Virus record (IMG/VR): IMGVR_UViG_3300047673_000158
Location: 1 to 64,000 of that record
Length of the DNA stretch: 64,000 bases
Source: a virus
Direction: 5' to 3' (one strand)
The notes under the pieces were generated by a model. It was not told where the DNA came from. It did no database searches and worked only from the letters and a program-made list of their open reading frames with translations. Positions 56,554 through 64,000 of this stretch are shown here, in pieces. Position 1 is the first letter of the stretch; each line of letters begins with the position of its first letter. The position numbers were made by a program, and so were the translations under genes.

Positions 56554-56648
56554 AGAAATTCGCTTTCAACGTCGCAGGTGGTGTGGTGCTGGGCCTGGTG
56601 CTGATGATTGGCCCAATCCTGGACGGTCTTCGTAACATCGCGGCCTGA
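56550..56648 (+). CDS. Small membrane protein (copy 2)
   Basis: Homologue of 13205-13303. Confidence 0.6.
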   Translation: MKKFAFNVAGGVVLGLVLMIGPILDGLRNIAA

Positions 56649-56652
56649 CAGG

Positions 56653-56961
56653 ATGGCCCGCGTTCATACCCGGTGCAGGCATTGCGAAACGCGCCGCGTA
56701 CTGAAGCAGCACCCGGACAAATATCACGTGGTGCCGCAGTGCAGAGTGTGCGGCCGTCGCGATTTCCGCGTGGATGCCTGGATGAACAAGCGCAACACGC
56801 GGGCCATGGCTTGCATGTGTAGCGGGTATGCGTGGGCTGGAATGATGACTGGTGCAATGCACCGCAAGGGTTCGAAGCAATGCTGGTATAGGGCCGATGG
56901 AACGCGCCGGGAGTATGGCGATTCTGATTACTTTGTACCGGATTTTTTGAAGGCCGCCTGA
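56653..56961 (+). CDS. Cys-rich hypothetical protein (copy 2)
   Basis: Homologue of 13308-13616. Confidence 0.7.
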   Translation: MARVHTRCRHCETRRVLKQHPDKYHVVPQCRVCGRRDFRVDAWMNKRNTRAMACMCSGYAWAGMMTGAMHRKGSKQCWYRADGTRREYGDSDYFVPDFLKAA

Positions 56962-56987
56962 CGGCCGATTACTAGGAGAACTTACAA

Positions 56988-57971
56988 ATGGCAGAGAAAC
57001 AGAAATCGTATCGTGACCTGATCGCAGAAGGCACGGCATCCCGCGCGAACGCCATCAAAGTACGCATTGAGGACATTCACGAACAGCCGGGCTTTAACCT
57101 GCGCGACCCTGACGCCGTGGACGAAAACGGCGAAACGTTCGCAGAAGGGATTAACCGATTCGCAGAATACATCGTGGCGGGTGGCACGTTCCCGCCCATT
57201 GAAATCCGCATTCGCGCAGAAGGTGGCGTGTGGGTGGTGGACGGACACCGCCGACGCCTTGCCGTGCTGCGCGCCATGGAAATGGGCGCGCCGCTGGCCG
57301 ATAAAAACGGCGACGTGTGGATTCACACTATCGCGTTTGAAGGCAACGACGTAGACCGCCTTACGCGCATCATGACTTCCAATGAGTCGCGCAAGCTGAC
57401 TGATTTGGAGCGCGCGAACGGTTACAAGCGCATGGCCGCATTCGGGCTGTCGTCCAGCGACATTGCAGCGCGAGTGGGCCGCAGCCGCCCGCACGTCGAA
57501 CAGCTTTTGATCCTGGCGAACGCTAACCACGACGTGCAGGAAATGGTTAAGGCCGGGAAGGTATCGGCCACGGCCGCCATTGACCTGGTGCGAAAGGAAG
57601 GCGAAAACGCGGGCGCCGTGCTGGGCGAAAAGGTTGCAGCAGCCGGTGGCGGGCGCGTGAAGAAAGGCGACCTGAAACCGGCAGGGCTGCCGCGCAAGGT
57701 GGTGGACGAAGTGGTGGACGCGCTGGGCTGGTTCAGGAAACACGGCCTGAATGCCGAGCAGCGCAAGGTGGTGGCCCGCGCAGAGAAAGACGGCAGCGCA
57801 CACGCTGACGTGGAAGTAACCGTGACGGCGGGCGCGCTGGCCGAACTGATGAAAGCGGCCGGGCTGGTGGAAGAAACCCGCAAGCAGCAGGCAGCGAAGG
57901 CGGCGGAAAAGGCAGCGAAGGCCAGCCAGGCAGAACTGCCCGAAGGCGACGACGAGCAGGACGCAGCGTAA
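56988..57971 (+). CDS. ParB-like protein (copy 2)
   Basis: Homologue of 13643-14623. Confidence 0.88.
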   Translation: MAEKQKSYRDLIAEGTASRANAIKVRIEDIHEQPGFNLRDPDAVDENGETFAEGINRFAEYIVAGGTFPPIEIRIRAEGGVWVVDGHRRRLAVLRAMEMGAPLADKNGDVWIHTIAFEGNDVDRLTRIMTSNESRKLTDLERANGYKRMAAFGLSSSDIAARVGRSRPHVEQLLILANANHDVQEMVKAGKVSATAAIDLVRKEGENAGAVLGEKVAAAGGGRVKKGDLKPAGLPRKVVDEVVDALGWFRKHGLNAEQRKVVARAEKDGSAHADVEVTVTAGALAELMKAAGLVEETRKQQAAKAAEKAAKASQAELPEGDDEQDAA

Positions 57972-58684
57972 TGGTCCGGGGCTACATCATTTCTTTGTGT
58001 GACCTGACGGGCCACATGGTGCAGCCCTGGGTGGATGCGGGTTATCACGCCGTACTGGTGGACCCGCAACACCCGAAAGGGGTCCACACCAGCGAGCCGA
58101 ACGCTAAGGGCGGCACCATTACGCGAATCGGCGCAACCATCGTGGAATGCGCCGACGTGCTGGGCGCTTTCTTCCGGCTGTTTCCGGCCGCGCCCGTGGT
58201 ATTCGTGGCGGGCTTCCCGCCCTGCACGGACGTGGCGGTATCGGGCGCCCGGTGGTTCAGCCACAAGGCGAAGGCCGATAAGCACTTTCAGACTAAGGCC
58301 GCGCTGGTGGCAGAACAATGCCGCATGGTGGGCCTGCTGTCCGGTGCGCCGTGGTTTTTCGAAAATCCCGTGTCTGTCTTCAGCGGCATTTTCGGCAAGC
58401 CTTCGCACACGTTCAACCCTTACGACTACACGGGATTTGAACCGGCCGACAACTACACGAAGAAAACCTGCCTGTGGACTGGTGGCGGGTTTGTGATGCC
58501 AGCCCCGTGCCGCGACTTGTCGCTGGGTGCGCCGGATAACCGGATTCACACGGCGCCGCCCAGCGCCGACCGGGCCAATTTCCGCAGCGCCACGCCCATG
58601 GGTTTTGCGCGGGCTGTGTTTGAAGCGAACGCGCCGCACTTGCGCGCAATTCGAACCCCTGCATTTTTTGCGGCGGCAGCATGA
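57971..58684 (+). CDS. DNA cytosine methyltransferase (copy 2)
   Basis: Homologue of 14623-15336. Confidence 0.8.
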   Translation: MVRGYIISLCDLTGHMVQPWVDAGYHAVLVDPQHPKGVHTSEPNAKGGTITRIGATIVECADVLGAFFRLFPAAPVVFVAGFPPCTDVAVSGARWFSHKAKADKHFQTKAALVAEQCRMVGLLSGAPWFFENPVSVFSGIFGKPSHTFNPYDYTGFEPADNYTKKTCLWTGGGFVMPAPCRDLSLGAPDNRIHTAPPSADRANFRSATPMGFARAVFEANAPHLRAIRTPAFFAAAA

Positions 58685-59061
58685 AAGAAACCGGAATCCA
58701 GAACGAAATCCGCAACGCGCTGGCGGGGCACTGCATGCTGTTCCGCGCGAACGTCGGCACGGCGTGGACGGGGAACGATATTAAGCGGCTGCCTGACGGG
58801 TCCATTTTGATCCGCGATCCGCGCCCGTTCAGCACGGGACTGCCGCCCGGCTTTTCGGACCTGTTCGGGCTGGTGACGGTTGAAATCACGCCGGAAATGG
58901 TGGGGCAGAAGTTTGCGCAGTTCCTGGCGGGCGAAGTGAAGACGGCGACGGGCCGCAAGCGCAAGGCGCAGGGTCCGTTCCTGGATGCAATTAAACAAGC
59001 TGGTGGCCGCGCCGACGTATGGCGAAGCGCTGCCGACGCACTGCGGACCATCGGCAAATGA
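58681..59061 (+). CDS. VRR-NUC endonuclease (copy 2)
   Basis: Homologue of 15333-15713. Confidence 0.88.
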   Translation: MKETGIQNEIRNALAGHCMLFRANVGTAWTGNDIKRLPDGSILIRDPRPFSTGLPPGFSDLFGLVTVEITPEMVGQKFAQFLAGEVKTATGRKRKAQGPFLDAIKQAGGRADVWRSAADALRTIGK

Positions 59062-59297
59062 AAGCAAAGCGCGCACCGTATCGAGCCACGGACTACGAAC
59101 CGCCCGTGATTGTGGTGGAAAGCGGCGACGTGGAACGGGACGCGCTGCGCGTTATGGGGCTGCCGAAGCTGTGGCAGCGCCAGCACGAAATCTGGCGCGT
59201 GGGGCACCTGCACGGGCTGGCACACGAAACCGCTGTTAAAAGGCGGGTATCTCAACTCTGGAAGGAAAAGGAAGGGGAATTTAAAAATGCAGCATGA
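59058..59297 (+). CDS. Hypothetical protein (copy 2)
   Basis: Homologue of 15710-15928 with different C-terminus. Confidence 0.65.
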   Translation: MKAKRAPYRATDYEPPVIVVESGDVERDALRVMGLPKLWQRQHEIWRVGHLHGLAHETAVKRRVSQLWKEKEGEFKNAA

Positions 59298-59676
59298 CAA
59301 CCACGCAATCGAAGTATCGGGGCAAATTCTTACTGATCGCTGTTTCGGCGCGTCGTTCGCTTCTGGATGGTGGACGGACCTGAAGACCGGCGAAGACCTG
59401 CGCATGGCCAACAACGTGCCAGAAAAGCTAATGCTGATTGTTTCGGAAGTGTCCGAAGCGATGGAAGGCCACCGCAAAAACCTGATGGACGACAAGCTGC
59501 CGCACCGTCCGATGGTGGAAGTTGAACTGGCAGACGCAGTGATTCGGATTTTTGACCTGGCGGGCGCTAAGGGTTACGACGTGGCGGGCGCGATTGTCGA
59601 AAAGCTGGCGTACAACGCGCAGCGCGCCGACCACAAACCGGAAAACCGGCTGGCAGAAGGCGGCAAGGCGTACTGA
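59287..59676 (+). CDS. MazG-like nucleotide pyrophosphohydrolase (only in copy 2)
   Basis: KLMLIVSEVSEAMEG...EVELADAVIRIFDLAG...IVEKLAYN..R (ExxE...ExxD motif). Confidence 0.85.
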   Translation: MQHDNHAIEVSGQILTDRCFGASFASGWWTDLKTGEDLRMANNVPEKLMLIVSEVSEAMEGHRKNLMDDKLPHRPMVEVELADAVIRIFDLAGAKGYDVAGAIVEKLAYNAQRADHKPENRLAEGGKAY

Positions 59677-59819
59677 TGCTTTCCGCCTTCAAAACGCGCA
59701 GGGCGGCTTCAAATATCGGCCGCCTGTACGGAATCAAGCGCCGATGGTTTGGGCTTGAGCCTGAACCGTGGTATAGGGCGCGGCTTATCAGGGTGCTGGA
59801 ATGCAATCGCCACCACTGA
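59676..59819 (+). CDS. Small basic hypothetical protein (copy 2)
   Basis: Homologue of 15929-16066. Confidence 0.62.
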   Translation: MLSAFKTRRAASNIGRLYGIKRRWFGLEPEPWYRARLIRVLECNRHH

Positions 59820-60169
59820 CAACCCGCGCAATGGTAATGGCTGCCCTGGCTGGCGAAGACATGACGGTGGCGCAGGCTGCCGAAGTGCTGGCGATGCACC
59901 GTAACACGGTTGAATATCACCTGCGCCGTGCGCATAAGGAAGGCCGCGCCCATGTGTGCGGGTGGCACCGAAACATTGGCGTGCAGGGCGATTGGGGCGC
60001 TATTTACCGGGCTGGCGAAGGCGAAGACGTTCCGCCGCCTAGCGCGCCTATGAAAGTTCGGGTGAAGGTGTACAGCCGACGCTACTACAAGGCAAACCGG
60101 GCGCTGATACGCGCCCGGAGCGCGGCAAAACGGGGAAAACTGGGCCACTACGTGCAACTGCTGACATGA
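59801..60169 (+). CDS. Winged-HTH protein, diverged allele (copy 2)
   Basis: MTVAQAAEVLAMHRNTVEYHL...HVCGW...YRAGEGED. Confidence 0.72.
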   Translation: MQSPPLTTRAMVMAALAGEDMTVAQAAEVLAMHRNTVEYHLRRAHKEGRAHVCGWHRNIGVQGDWGAIYRAGEGEDVPPPSAPMKVRVKVYSRRYYKANRALIRARSAAKRGKLGHYVQLLT

Positions 60170-60417
60170 AAAAGAAAATCGCTTTCGTGATTCATCCGGG
60201 CTTCGTCACTTCGCAGAACGACGGACAGCGCCACTACATTACGGCCGAACAGCTTGTGCGCCTGTACCGGCTTCATCCAGGCACGTGGGTGGTGTATCAG
60301 CCGCCGCGAGCATTCGACCGGGCGGCAAGCTGGCGACGAAACCCGTATGAAGGCTTGAAAGCGATTTTCCCGCGCAACGATGGCAAGTATCCGATTTTTG
60401 ACGGGGCCGAATCATGA
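60166..60417 (+). CDS. Hypothetical protein (copy 2)
   Basis: Homologue of 16428-16676. Confidence 0.7.
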   Translation: MKKKIAFVIHPGFVTSQNDGQRHYITAEQLVRLYRLHPGTWVVYQPPRAFDRAASWRRNPYEGLKAIFPRNDGKYPIFDGAES

Positions 60418-60743
60418 ACGCTGCACAGTTTTCGCGGGCACGTGACCGAATTGGACGGGAAGCAAAAGCCCGTAAGGGGTACGAAGCAAAAGCAATGCGC
60501 CGACTTATCCGCGAAGCCCGCGCAGTGATCGTGATTTCTGGCCGAACCATCATCGGCTGGCGCATGCCTGACGGCGCAATAGTCTGCTACAAGCGCAGGT
60601 ATGGAACGATTGGTGCCGCGCAAATGGACATGCTAGGCATTCAGGCGGAATACGGTAAGCGCGGGGTTCCGCGCCGGGCTTACCAGTGTGATTTTTGCGG
60701 TGGCTTTCACTTGACCAGTAAGATTTCGATTAAAGAGGATTGA
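60414..60743 (+). CDS. Zinc-finger hypothetical protein (copy 2)
   Basis: Homologue of 16673-17002. Confidence 0.72.
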   Translation: MNAAQFSRARDRIGREAKARKGYEAKAMRRLIREARAVIVISGRTIIGWRMPDGAIVCYKRRYGTIGAAQMDMLGIQAEYGKRGVPRRAYQCDFCGGFHLTSKISIKED

Positions 60744-60745
60744 AT

Positions 60746-61255
60746 ATGTTGTGCCCGAAATGCAAACACGCGACGCAGGTTAAAGACACACGCGGCACGA
60801 TGCGCCGCCGCCAGTGCATGAACATCGCATGCGGGGACCGCTTCGTTACCGACGAAGTGTTAAGCGATAGGCCGATGCCGCGCACGACGGCCGAAGCAAA
60901 CAAGCTGGACACGCTGGAAGAAATCGGCAGGCGCAGCCCGACGATTAAGGCGCTTCGCAAACAGGTGGCCGCACTGGAAGCGGCACTGAAGGCAGCGACC
61001 GCAGCGCCCGTGGCCGTCGAACCGGCACCTGTCGAACCCGTGGCCGCAAAACCTGAACCCGTGACAGAACCCGCGCCGGTTCTGCGCGTTCCGCCGCCGA
61101 AGAAAACGCCCGTGACAATCAATGGACGCCCGGCCGCATTCTTCAGCCGGGAATCGCTGGTGGCCGACGTGCCGCCGACCGCAGAAGCCCCGCCCGTGGG
61201 CGCACCTTCCTGGGTGCCCCGCCTGCCGCCTGCCGCGTTCGGACGGATGCGGTAA
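60746..61255 (+). CDS. Zinc-ribbon protein (copy 2)
   Basis: Homologue of 17005-17493 with different linker. Confidence 0.72.
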   Translation: MLCPKCKHATQVKDTRGTMRRRQCMNIACGDRFVTDEVLSDRPMPRTTAEANKLDTLEEIGRRSPTIKALRKQVAALEAALKAATAAPVAVEPAPVEPVAAKPEPVTEPAPVLRVPPPKKTPVTINGRPAAFFSRESLVADVPPTAEAPPVGAPSWVPRLPPAAFGRMR

Positions 61256-61337
61256 AAAAGGAACAAAGTTATTTACCTATGGAAACGTCCAGGGCTATAA
61301 TGCGCTGGACGTTTTTACTATTTGCGCGGCGCGAGAA

Positions 61338-61730
61338 ATGACCACTACAAAAACAGCGAAGACCCAGGCCGACCGGCTTACCTACCTGATGCGGCGGCAC
61401 CACCTGGACAGCGCCGACGTGGCCGCGCTGCTGGGGCGGGGTGAAAAGACCGTGCGCCAGTGGGCAGCCGGTAAGGCCATGATTTCCGACGAACTGCTGG
61501 ACAAGCTGCGCGCCAAGCTGGCGACGCGCCCGCGCGAGCTAGACCCGCGCACCGCTCGCCTGTTCGAAATCATGGAGAAAAACAAACTGAGCTTGCGCGA
61601 TGTTGGCAGGCTGGTGGGCCGATCTGAACAGACGGTGCGAATCTGGCGCTGCGAGGCGAAAATTATCCCGCTGCATACGCTGGCTTTCCTGGAAACGCAG
61701 GTGGACAGCGCCGCAGGGGTGGCCGCGTAA
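61338..61730 (+). CDS. Tandem HTH regulator (copy 2)
   Basis: Homologue of 17576-17968. Confidence 0.82.
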   Translation: MTTTKTAKTQADRLTYLMRRHHLDSADVAALLGRGEKTVRQWAAGKAMISDELLDKLRAKLATRPRELDPRTARLFEIMEKNKLSLRDVGRLVGRSEQTVRIWRCEAKIIPLHTLAFLETQVDSAAGVAA

Positions 61731-64000
61731 TGTCAATAGATTTTCGCGTTGTAAATGCTGCGCTGGACCCGCTCAGGGTCGTGCCTGAATGGCTGCCTGA
61801 TGGCAAAAAGGTGGGCGACAACTGGATGGCGCGCAATGGTTCCCTGGCCGTGAACCTGACGACGGGCAAGTGGGCGCTATTCTCAAGTGATGAAAAATCA
61901 GACCGTGGCGGCGACCTGGTGGGCCTGTACGCCTGGGTTTTTCACAACAAAAACCAGGTGGAAGCGGCGCGCGAACTGATGCGAACGCACGGCATCGTGG
62001 ACAACGCGCAAACGCGCGAGCAAGCCGCGAAAATCACGCCGCTGCAACAGCCGACCTATACGCCGGTAATGCCCGTTCCTGAAGACGTGCCGCAGGAACC
62101 TAACCTGTCGTGGCAGAAGGGCTTTAAGCACCCTAAGCTTGGCATGCCGTCGAAGGTGTGGGCGTACCGCGATTCGGAAGGCCGCCTGCTGATGTACATC
62201 GGCCGGTATACCGACGAAGCCGGGGACAAACAGGTGGTGCCGTGGTCGTGGGGCACGCACCCGACGAACGGGAAAGTGGGCTGGCAAATCCGTGGGCTTA
62301 CGGGCCGCATGAAACGCCCGCTGTACGGGCTGGACAAGCTGGCGCAATACCCTGAACACGACGTGCTGGTGGTGGAAGGCGAAAAGACCACGGACGCAGC
62401 GCAGGCGCTGCTGGGCGACGCCTGCGTGGTCGTTTCCTGGATGGGTGGCATGGGTGCCGCCGACAAAGCCGCCGTGCGCCGCTTGCAAGGCCGCCGCGTG
62501 TTCTTCTGGCCTGACTTCGATATGTTCCGCGAAAAGCTGACGCCGGAAGAAAAGGCCGCCAACGTGGACCCAGAAACTAAGCCCATTCTGCCGCTGCATA
62601 AGCAGGGCGGTGCGCTGGCAATGATGGCGATTGCCGAGAAGCTACGCGGCCACACGCCGGATGCGAATTTGCGCATGGTGGGTTATCAGCCAGGCGAGAA
62701 GCCGCACGGGTGGGATTTGGCCGACGCGCTGGCCGAAGGCTGGACCGGCGAAGACGTGCTGAAAATGCTTGCCGAGCGTTCGCGCGATCCACGCGAGGTA
62801 ATGACGGCGGAAACGATTAAACCGGCCGCGCCCGTCGAACCCGTGTCGGCTGCACCTGCGCCTGCGGCTGCCTCACCCGCCGCGCCCGCTGCACCAGCGC
62901 CGAAATATACGCCGCTGGAATACCCGGTGAATGAATTCGGTTTTCCAGACCGTGGCGATAAAGGGCCGCTGGACACGCTGGAAAATCTGGCGTACCTGAT
63001 GCGCCAGTATGGGATCGAGTCGCGTTACAACGTGATTTCTAAAGACGTGGAAATCAGCATACCTAACACACGGTTTAGCCAGGATAACCACATGGAGGCA
63101 TGTTTGGCCACTATCGGCAGTCTTTGTGCCCGCAACCGCATGCCCCGCGCCAATGTGCCGGGCTATATCACCACGCTGGCCGATGGCAACAAAGTTAACC
63201 CGGCCGCTGACTGGATTGATTCGAAGCCGTGGGACGGCGTGCCGCGCATTGAAGCGCTGGCCGATACGCTGGACGCAGCCGACCCGGAACTGGCCCGCGT
63301 GCTGGTGCGCCGCTGGATGATTGGCGCCGTGGCGTGCGCGTTCGAAGACCACGGCTTTGCCATGCAAGGCGTGCTTGTGTTGCAGGGCGCGCAGGGCGCA
63401 GGTAAGACGACTTGGATTATGGGGCTGGCCGACAATAACCGCGATCTGGCCGCCGAATCCGTGATTTTGAACCCGGCCGACAAAGACAGCGTGAAGCAGT
63501 TCGCATCTTACTGGCTGGTGGAGTTGGGCGAACTGGAAGCGACTTTCAGTAAGTCAGACATTACCGCTCTGCGTGGCTTCCTCACCAAAAAGGTTGACGA
63601 ACTGCGCTTGCCGTATGCAAAGGCCACCAGCAAATTTCCCCGACGCACGGCGGCTGCCGCGTCCGTGAATGATCGGGCGTATCTGCGCGACGAAACGGGG
63701 AACCGGCGCTACTGGACGATTGAGTGCGGCGCGGGCTTGAACGGCATGCACGGGATCGACATGCAGCAGGCATGGGCCGAAGCGAAGACCCTTTACCTGG
63801 CTGGTGAGCGGCACCCGTTGACCAAAGATGAAATGGAACGGCTGTCGGAGTCGAACATGATCTACACGGAACGTAATCCGCTGTCCGACTTGATTATGGA
63901 CCGCTTCGATTGGGAAAGCCTGTCGGTCGTCAAAATGTCCGCTACTGACGTTTGCATTGCCATGGGTTACGACAAGCCGACCAATAAGCAGATTAAAGAC
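61730..64000 (+). CDS. Primase-helicase (copy 2), truncated by window end
   Basis: Homologue of 17968-20370; absent from the ORF track because no stop lies in the window. Confidence 0.9.
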   Translation, partial: MSIDFRVVNAALDPLRVVPEWLPDGKKVGDNWMARNGSLAVNLTTGKWALFSSDEKSDRGGDLVGLYAWVFHNKNQVEAARELMRTHGIVDNAQTREQAAKITPLQQPTYTPVMPVPEDVPQEPNLSWQKGFKHPKLGMPSKVWAYRDSEGRLLMYIGRYTDEAGDKQVVPWSWGTHPTNGKVGWQIRGLTGRMKRPLYGLDKLAQYPEHDVLVVEGEKTTDAAQALLGDACVVVSWMGGMGAADKAAVRRLQGRRVFFWPDFDMFREKLTPEEKAANVDPETKPILPLHKQGGALAMMAIAEKLRGHTPDANLRMVGYQPGEKPHGWDLADALAEGWTGEDVLKMLAERSRDPREVMTAETIKPAAPVEPVSAAPAPAAASPAAPAAPAPKYTPLEYPVNEFGFPDRGDKGPLDTLENLAYLMRQYGIESRYNVISKDVEISIPNTRFSQDNHMEACLATIGSLCARNRMPRANVPGYITTLADGNKVNPAADWIDSKPWDGVPRIEALADTLDAADPELARVLVRRWMIGAVACAFEDHGFAMQGVLVLQGAQGAGKTTWIMGLADNNRDLAAESVILNPADKDSVKQFASYWLVELGELEATFSKSDITALRGFLTKKVDELRLPYAKATSKFPRRTAAAASVNDRAYLRDETGNRRYWTIECGAGLNGMHGIDMQQAWAEAKTLYLAGERHPLTKDEMERLSESNMIYTERNPLSDLIMDRFDWESLSVVKMSATDVCIAMGYDKPTNKQIKD

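Larger units (their letters stand above)
43338..64000. repeat. Second, diverged, colinear copy of phage positions 1 to ~20,230
   Basis: Gene-for-gene synteny from sheath to primase with many synonymous changes, small indels, swapped segments and one extra gene. Confidence 0.97.

Noticed and set aside
1-64000. CRISPR array or tRNA genes
   Set aside because: No regularly spaced repeat-spacer run; the recurring motifs are dispersed; no cloverleaf with T-loop signature noticed by eye

Overview
The window is entirely phage DNA, with no host genes. It holds one complete unit of a contractile-tailed phage: the sequence at position 1 recurs at 43338, giving a unit length of 43,337 bp. A second, clearly diverged copy of the first ~20 kb follows at 43338-64000. 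The head module is lambda-like (cos, Nu1-like TerS, gpA-like TerL, gpW, lambda-family portal, fused HK97-type protease-capsid). The tail is P2-like (V, W, J, I, fibre, sheath, tube, E/E' frameshift, tape measure, U, X, D). There is a holin/lambda-R endolysin/spanin lysis cassette and a recombination/replication region (SSB, Sak4-like ATPase, RecE-like exonuclease, SF2 helicase, ParB-like protein, C5 methylase, VRR-NUC, Toprim-VapE primase-helicase). I found no integrase, protelomerase or CI-type repressor. A Burkholderiaceae host is an inference. Most notable: (1) a 13-bp palindrome GAAAG-N3-CTTTC with at least 13 perfect and about 11 one-mismatch copies scattered through coding and non-coding DNA, a candidate parS/operator network; (2) an Acb2 anti-CBASS sponge homologue in two alleles, one lacking the Y11/K26-equivalent residues; (3) a DnaA-box cluster with an NtrC-like palindrome directly beside cos; (4) two phage-specific promoter motifs, early and late; (5) modular allele swaps between the two copies. 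All assignments come from reading motifs and synteny by eye; no searches were run.
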